Of a stretch of DNA of 64,000 nt, positions 58,526 through 64,000 are shown in pieces. The stretch comes from Planctomycetota bacterium (GTDB lineage: Bacteria; Planctomycetota; UBA8108; SXIK01). Positions within the stretch are counted from its first letter, which is position 1. Each line of letters opens with the position of its first letter. Both the position numbers and the translations under genes were made by a program. The notes beneath the pieces are model-generated. The model made no database searches, was not told the origin of the DNA, and worked only from the letters and a program-made list of their open reading frames with translations. The stretch is from contig CBDCXR010000004.1 of the NCBI GenBank assembly GCA_965223845.1, forward strand, positions 7,008,001-7,072,000, in the 5' to 3' direction.

Positions 58526-60376
58526 ATGCACTTCTCGGTTCGAGCCGTCGGCTTTCTTCTTGTCGGATGCGCACTGCTCACTCCCGTCTCCGTTGCGACG
58601 GCGGAGACGTTAGGGCAGCTGTTCGCTCAGTATCAGGCCGCGAAGGCCAAGGTCGGCGGCACTCCTGACCAGCGCCGCGACAAGGCGAACAAGGGTGTCG
58701 CGCCGATCGTCCGCAAGATCGCGGCCGTCGACTCGGATGAGGCGGCGGCGTTCCTCGCGCGTGAAATGAACGACGCGGTGCCCGAGATCGGTGCCTTCTG
58801 CGCGCAGTCGCTCGTCCGAATGAAGAACGAGCGCGGTCTCTCGCTCGCCATGCGCGGTCTCGGGAAACGACACGCGACGGTGGTGTCTGCGGTGCTCGAA
58901 GCGCTCGCGACGATCGACCGGAAGCGTCTCGAGTCGAGTGAGCCGGCTTTGCTCCAGTTCGCGTCGTCGGCGCGGGCCCCCGACGTCCGTCGGCGCCTTC
59001 CGCCGGTGATCGTCCGGCTCGAATCGGCGGCGGCCGCTGGAGTCTTGCTGAAGGGCGTCGGCGCCGGGTCGAAGTCGGGCGAGTACAATCGCGCGGTCGC
59101 GGCGGCTCTCGGCAGCTCGAAGTCGGCGGAGATTCGCGAGTGGCTCCTCAACGCGGCCTTCGCGTCCGCGGCGAAGTCGCCGGCGAAGCTCGAGGTACTG
59201 TGCTCGGTCGCCGGGAAGCAGAAACTCACGGACGCGCGGGCGGATCTCGAGGAGTGCGTGCGGAACCGCTCGGCCGACGTGAGCGCGGCGGCGCTCGACG
59301 CGCTCGTGGCGATCGGAGTCGACGCGTCGGTCGACGCGATTTCCGCCGCCCTCGCGAAGCGAAAGGGGAAGAAGCACTTCGACTTCCGCGTCGCCGCGCT
59401 CGATGCCCTCGCCGCGAGTGGTTCGGATCGAGCGGCGAAGCTCATCGCCGAGTATCTCGACGACCGAGACGAAGAGACGCGCGCGGTCGCCGCAGGCAGT
59501 CTCGGCGTGATGAAAGCGAACGAGGCGGCGGTGGCGGCGCTGGCGCGCGGGCTCGGAGACAAGAGCGCGATGGTGCGAAACTCCGCGCTCAACGCGATGC
59601 GGACGATTCGCAATAAGCAGCTCGTCGGACCTTTGATTGCGTATCTCGGAGGCAAGGACGACGAGAGCCGCAAAGTGAAGGCCCTTCAGGCGCTCATCAA
59701 CATCACGCACCAAAACATGGGCCTCGTCGCCGCCGATTGGGAGAAGTGGTGGAAGTTCGCAGAGAAGAGTTTCGAGCTGCCGAAGGGAGAGAAAGCGTTC
59801 ACATCGGTGAAGGCCTACGACCTCTCGTACTTCGGCATCGAAGTGTCGTCGACGCGTATGACCTTCATCGTCGATATTTCGAGCAGCATGAAGCAAGCCG
59901 TTCCCGTCCAGACGAAGAGCTCGAAGAAGAGCGTGCCGAAGATCGACGTGCTCAAGAAGGAGCTCGAGCGCGTCGTTTCGAAGCTCCCAGCCGATGCGCA
60001 GATCAACATCGTGAAGTTCGACGCAAATTTCCGATCGTGGCAGAAGAAGCTGCAACCCCTAGCCGGCCGCGGCCGGAAGAAGGCCGTCGACTACATTCGC
60101 TCGATCACCACCGGTGCGGGCACGAACGTGTACGACAGCCTCGAGTCGGCGCTCAAGGACCAGCGCGTCGATACGATCTATCTGCTCACCGACGGGAATC
60201 CGACGCGAGGTCGCTACCAAGCGACGCCCGACATCCTGCGCGAGATTCGGAAGATCAACCGCGTCCGCTCGGCGACGATTCACTGTATCGCCTTCGGAGC
60301 GGAGTCCGACCTGCTCAAGCAGCTCGCGAAGCAAAATGGTGGGAAGTACCGGTTCGTCGACAAGATGGCGAATTAG
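58526..60376 (+). CDS. Exported HEAT-repeat protein with C-terminal vWA domain
   Basis: Signal peptide, PBS-lyase-like HEAT repeats, MIDAS DISSSM…GTN…LLTDG. Confidence 0.85.
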   Translation: MHFSVRAVGFLLVGCALLTPVSVATAETLGQLFAQYQAAKAKVGGTPDQRRDKANKGVAPIVRKIAAVDSDEAAAFLAREMNDAVPEIGAFCAQSLVRMKNERGLSLAMRGLGKRHATVVSAVLEALATIDRKRLESSEPALLQFASSARAPDVRRRLPPVIVRLESAAAAGVLLKGVGAGSKSGEYNRAVAAALGSSKSAEIREWLLNAAFASAAKSPAKLEVLCSVAGKQKLTDARADLEECVRNRSADVSAAALDALVAIGVDASVDAISAALAKRKGKKHFDFRVAALDALAASGSDRAAKLIAEYLDDRDEETRAVAAGSLGVMKANEAAVAALARGLGDKSAMVRNSALNAMRTIRNKQLVGPLIAYLGGKDDESRKVKALQALINITHQNMGLVAADWEKWWKFAEKSFELPKGEKAFTSVKAYDLSYFGIEVSSTRMTFIVDISSSMKQAVPVQTKSSKKSVPKIDVLKKELERVVSKLPADAQINIVKFDANFRSWQKKLQPLAGRGRKKAVDYIRSITTGAGTNVYDSLESALKDQRVDTIYLLTDGNPTRGRYQATPDILREIRKINRVRSATIHCIAFGAESDLLKQLAKQNGGKYRFVDKMAN

Positions 60377-60599
60377 GCGATCCGTGCTCGTCGATCCGCG
60401 AGAGTAGCGTTCGGGTGCTCGAGTCGCTGCGCGAGGAGATTCATGCGAGCGAATTCGCTCGCGTCTCGATGCGAAACCCGAGGGTGCAGCGGCGAGCCGC
60501 CTCCGCCGATCGACTTCGCGGCAGGCGCCGCCACTCCGACCGTCGCGGAGGGTCGACCCGACTCGTCCGTGACCACGAATAGAAACCGAGGAGGAATCG

Positions 60600-61898
60600 G
60601 TGAGCGTGTTTTCTGAGGTTCCGCTGCCGCGAATGGTGCCGGTCCGGCAGACCTTTCCCCGTCCGCGCGTCGATGATGCACCGGCGGCGGTTCGCGCCGA
60701 GGTCGATCGAGTTCTCGCGAGCACCGATCTTCCGGCGGGTGCGGAGATCGCGGTCACCGCGGGTAGCCGCGGGATCACGAACATCGCGGCGATCACTCGC
60801 GCGGCGGTCGAAGCCTTTAAGTCTCGTGGCTATCGCCCGTTCATCATCCCCGCGATGGGGAGTCACGGCGGCGCGACCGGCGAGGCGCAGCGTGCGCTGA
60901 TCGCTCACTACGGGATCACCGAAGAGAGCATGGGGGTCGAGATACGCCACGAGATGGCGACGCGCAGCCTCGGGCGGACGCCCGAAGGAGTCGATGTTCG
61001 GCTCGCGGAGACCGCGTACGCGGCCGACGGAATCCTCCTTCTCAATCGAGTGAAGCCCCACACCGATTTCAAAGGGCCGATCGAGAGCGGACTCGCGAAG
61101 ATTTGTGCGATCGGACTCGGCAAGTACGACGGCGCGCAGGAGTACCACAAGCAGATCTTCGACATCGGACTCGGCGCTGCGATCCGAGCGGCGGCGAGCC
61201 GCGTGCTGGGGACTGGGAAGATCATCGGCGGCGTCGCGATCCTCGAGAACGGCTACCACGAGACCGCGCGGATCGCCGGTGTTCCCGCCGCCGATCTACT
61301 CGCCTCCGAAGAGAAGCTGCTCGAAGAGGCGCGCGGTCTGATGCCGTCGCTTCCGATCAGCGAGCTCGACGTTCTTCTCTGCGATCGCATGGGTAAGAAC
61401 ATCTCCGGAGCGGGTCTCGACACGAATATCACCGGTCGCGGCGTGTACGGTTACGTGCAGGGTCAGCCCTGGCACGAGGGGATGTGTGGGATTTACCGCA
61501 TCGTGGTCCGCGACCTCTCCGAGGAGAGCGACGGCAACGGGGTCGGCATGGGCTCGGTCGACTTCGCGACGCGGCGTTTCGCCGATCGTCTCGACCACCA
61601 CGTCACGATGCTGAATGCGATCACCGCGTGCGCGCCGGGAAACGCACGGACGCCGGTCATCCTCGAGACGGATCGTGAGGCGCTCGGCGCGGCGATCAAG
61701 TCGTGCCAGCGGCGCGAGAACGGTCCACTCGTCGCTTACGTTCGCGACACGCTTGAGCTCGAAAACCTGCATCTCTCCGAAGCGTGTCTGCCGCTCGTGA
61801 GGGGGCGCGAGTCCCTCGAGATCCTCGGCGAGCCGACCGAGTTCCCCTTCGACGCATCCGGTAACCTCGTCTCGCCGTTCGCCGTCACCGCGCACTGA
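60600..61898 (+). CDS. LarA-N/DUF362-like protein
   Basis: GAGGAGG RBS; TAGSRGI, PAMGSHGGAT, NRVKPHTDF…ESGLAK, GKNISGAGLDTN. Confidence 0.8.
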   Translation: MSVFSEVPLPRMVPVRQTFPRPRVDDAPAAVRAEVDRVLASTDLPAGAEIAVTAGSRGITNIAAITRAAVEAFKSRGYRPFIIPAMGSHGGATGEAQRALIAHYGITEESMGVEIRHEMATRSLGRTPEGVDVRLAETAYAADGILLLNRVKPHTDFKGPIESGLAKICAIGLGKYDGAQEYHKQIFDIGLGAAIRAAASRVLGTGKIIGGVAILENGYHETARIAGVPAADLLASEEKLLEEARGLMPSLPISELDVLLCDRMGKNISGAGLDTNITGRGVYGYVQGQPWHEGMCGIYRIVVRDLSEESDGNGVGMGSVDFATRRFADRLDHHVTMLNAITACAPGNARTPVILETDREALGAAIKSCQRRENGPLVAYVRDTLELENLHLSEACLPLVRGRESLEILGEPTEFPFDASGNLVSPFAVTAH

Positions 61899-62096
61899 CG
61901 CGAGGATCGTCCCGGTCCCCGGTCCGCGATTCGCGGCGGGTTCACGTGACCGCGACGCCGATCCCGTCGACTCTCGATCAAGGGATCATCGCGCCCCGGT
62001 CGATGAAGGAAGCACGGTAGCCCGAGGGCGCTCGTCCGTCGCGTCGAGCGTTCCGTAGCCTCACTCCCGGCGGTTCCCGGTGCGGCGGAGAGACGT

Positions 62097-63593
62097 ATGA
62101 TTCGAGCAGTGCGATTCGAGCGTGGCGCGGCGTTGGTCTGCGCCGCCTTAGCGACGGCGTCGGCGGTCGCGGAGGAGTGGGCGGTGGTCGGTGCGCGGCA
62201 GATGGGAATGGGCGGGGCGGGCGTTGCGCTCACTCGCGGCTCGATGAGCACCTACTGGAATCCCGCGGCACTCGCGGCGCCGGACGGCGCCGCCGGAGTA
62301 TTCGGTCCCTGGGACGCGACACTGAGCGCGAGCGCGAGCGCGGGTGCGGTCGGGGGAGTGATCGATACCGTCGACAGCACCGCGGGAATCGTCGATGACC
62401 TCGGAGACTTTGCGGACCTCGAAGCGCGACTCAGCGATCCAGGTCAGCTTCTGAACGCGACCGAGACCCAGCAGATCCTGAAGCTGCTCACCGAAGAGAT
62501 TCCCGACCTCAACGAGCCGGGCTCCGGACTGATCGTGAACGGCAGTGTGTCGCTCGCGGCGCGCTACGGCTACTTCGGCGTGTCGGTGATGGGATTTGCG
62601 TACGGCGGTGGCGCGACGGTCGTCGACTTCGGCGGTCTCGCGCTCGGCGACGACGGGCTCGCGGGAGTCATCGGCGCGGGCGCAGACCGAACCGGCGCTC
62701 TCAGTCCCGAGGGTCAGGCGTTCGCGGACGCGCTCGTCGGCAAGGGACTCGCGGCGCAGAACCAAGCCGAAGAGCTCGTCTTCCAGGCCGAGCAGGGCGG
62801 TGTGAACGTCGGCGATCCGGGGGTTCAGGCTCGGTTCGAAGACGTGCTCCAAGCCACGCAAGCGAACGTCGGTGGAACGCCGGATGAGTTCTTCACGCAG
62901 AATGACAGCGGAGTCCACCTGCGCGGAATCCTTCTCGAGGAGTACGGCCTCTCCTTCGCTTACCCGTTCTTCGACATCGTTAGTGTGGGCGTCACGGGGA
63001 AGTTGATGTACGGGCAGACGTACTTCGAACCGTTTCGACTCGGCGAGCTCGAAGACGTCGAGAATCTCGTCGACAACCTCTACGACTCGTCGAACGACAT
63101 GGACGAATCTCTCACCTACGGCATCGACGTCGGGGTCCTCCTTCAGCCAGTGAACGGGTTCTCGCTCGGAGTCGTCGCGCGAAACGTCAATCGCCCGCGC
63201 TTCGACTTCGACGGCGCGGGAGACTACGTTCTGGAGCCGCAGATCCGGGCGGGCGTCGGAGTAGCCGTACCGGGCACGGGACTGTCACTCGCGGTCGACG
63301 TCGATCTCTTCGAGAACGAATCGGAGGCCCTACCCGGCTATGACTCGCAGTTGATCGCCGCCGGTCTCGAGTGGGCGATCTTCGAGACGCTCCTTCTTCG
63401 CGGCGGCGTGTCGAAGAACTTCGTCGAGACGAACGAAGGTGTCGTCGTTCACGCCGGTTTGGGGTTGAGCGTCCTCGGAATGGCGATCGAGTTCGCCGGA
63501 AGCATGTCGACCAAGTTCACCGACGTGAGCGGGAACGACGTGCCCGAGCGAGCGGGGGCGAGCCTCTTCTTCGGGATCAATCTGCCTCTCTGA
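62097..63593 (+). CDS. Outer-membrane beta-barrel, TraF_2/FadL/PorV-like
   Basis: Signal peptide, GARQMGMGGAGVA…YWNPAAL N-motif, amphipathic strands (YGIDVGVL, PQIRAGVG, LLLRGG). Confidence 0.75.
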   Translation: MIRAVRFERGAALVCAALATASAVAEEWAVVGARQMGMGGAGVALTRGSMSTYWNPAALAAPDGAAGVFGPWDATLSASASAGAVGGVIDTVDSTAGIVDDLGDFADLEARLSDPGQLLNATETQQILKLLTEEIPDLNEPGSGLIVNGSVSLAARYGYFGVSVMGFAYGGGATVVDFGGLALGDDGLAGVIGAGADRTGALSPEGQAFADALVGKGLAAQNQAEELVFQAEQGGVNVGDPGVQARFEDVLQATQANVGGTPDEFFTQNDSGVHLRGILLEEYGLSFAYPFFDIVSVGVTGKLMYGQTYFEPFRLGELEDVENLVDNLYDSSNDMDESLTYGIDVGVLLQPVNGFSLGVVARNVNRPRFDFDGAGDYVLEPQIRAGVGVAVPGTGLSLAVDVDLFENESEALPGYDSQLIAAGLEWAIFETLLLRGGVSKNFVETNEGVVVHAGLGLSVLGMAIEFAGSMSTKFTDVSGNDVPERAGASLFFGINLPL

Positions 63594-63609
63594 GGCGTTC
63601 GGTCGAGCA

Positions 63610-64000
63610 TCAGTTCGAGCAACGAATCTCCACTGGGAGCGATTGTCCTCCCGAGGGAACGTCGACCGAGCTCGCGCTCCCCTTCTCTTCGCCCCCGGCG
63701 AGGAGCGTGACGGAATACGTACCGGCCGGGACGCGAGCGAGCTCGAGGCGTCCGCGCAGACCCGACGGACGGTAGGTCTTGTCGAAAGGCTCGCCGTTCG
63801 CACGTACCCCGCGCACGCGAACGGTCGCACCGGTCACGTCGCATTCGTCTGCAATCGCACCGACGATCGATCCCGGCTGCGTGACGGTGTGGATTCGCTC
63901 CTCGCCGCCGTCGAGTGTCACCGCATCGACAACGACCCGGTCGTAGCGACGTCCACCGAGTGTGAGTGTGTACTCACCGGCCGGTAGCCCAGTGAACGAG
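63610..64000 (-). CDS. C-terminus of a carboxypeptidase-regulatory-like (Ig/transthyretin-like) repeat protein, 5' truncated
   Basis: Frame stays open to the window end: …FTGLPAGEYTLTL…GSIVG…RVPAGTYSVT. Confidence 0.7.
   Translation of the reverse strand, partial: SFTGLPAGEYTLTLGGRRYDRVVVDAVTLDGGEERIHTVTQPGSIVGAIADECDVTGATVRVRGVRANGEPFDKTYRPSGLRGRLELARVPAGTYSVTLLAGGEEKGSASSVDVPSGGQSLPVEIRCSN

Noticed and set aside
62097-63593. Conjugative element suggested by the TraF-like gene
   Set aside because: No relaxase, coupling protein, integrase, att repeats or composition shift.

Overview
High-GC bacterial chromosomal segment, densely coding, most consistent with a Planctomycetota genome (inference from dockerin-like C-termini, a CotH/lamin-tail protein, a HEAT-vWA protein and split coaC/coaB). 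About 48 CDSs are supported, two of them truncated by the window edges. Most are housekeeping: hisHF, RluA- and RsuA-family pseudouridine synthases, hppA, cutA-moeA-mobA-sppA-ileS, selB, rpoN, pgsA, rimO, ftsK, coaB/coaC, rpoZ, gmk, yicC, secG, tpiA, tsaB and mutY. These are interspersed with exported, envelope and hypothetical proteins. No rRNA, tRNA, CRISPR array, transposase or prophage is visible. The most notable candidates are: (i) an exported CotH-type kinase next to an exported Shelph-type phosphatase; (ii) an MlaF-MlaE fusion coupled to a divergent MCE-like protein; (iii) an RsbU-RsbW-RsbV partner switch directly upstream of sigma-54; (iv) coaC and coaB in one frame separated by a single TGA, in a genome with selB; (v) a Tyr/acidic tandem repeat in the FtsK linker; (vi) a membrane-anchored PspA-like protein behind an ECF-type promoter. 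All calls rest on motif recognition by eye; no database searches were run.
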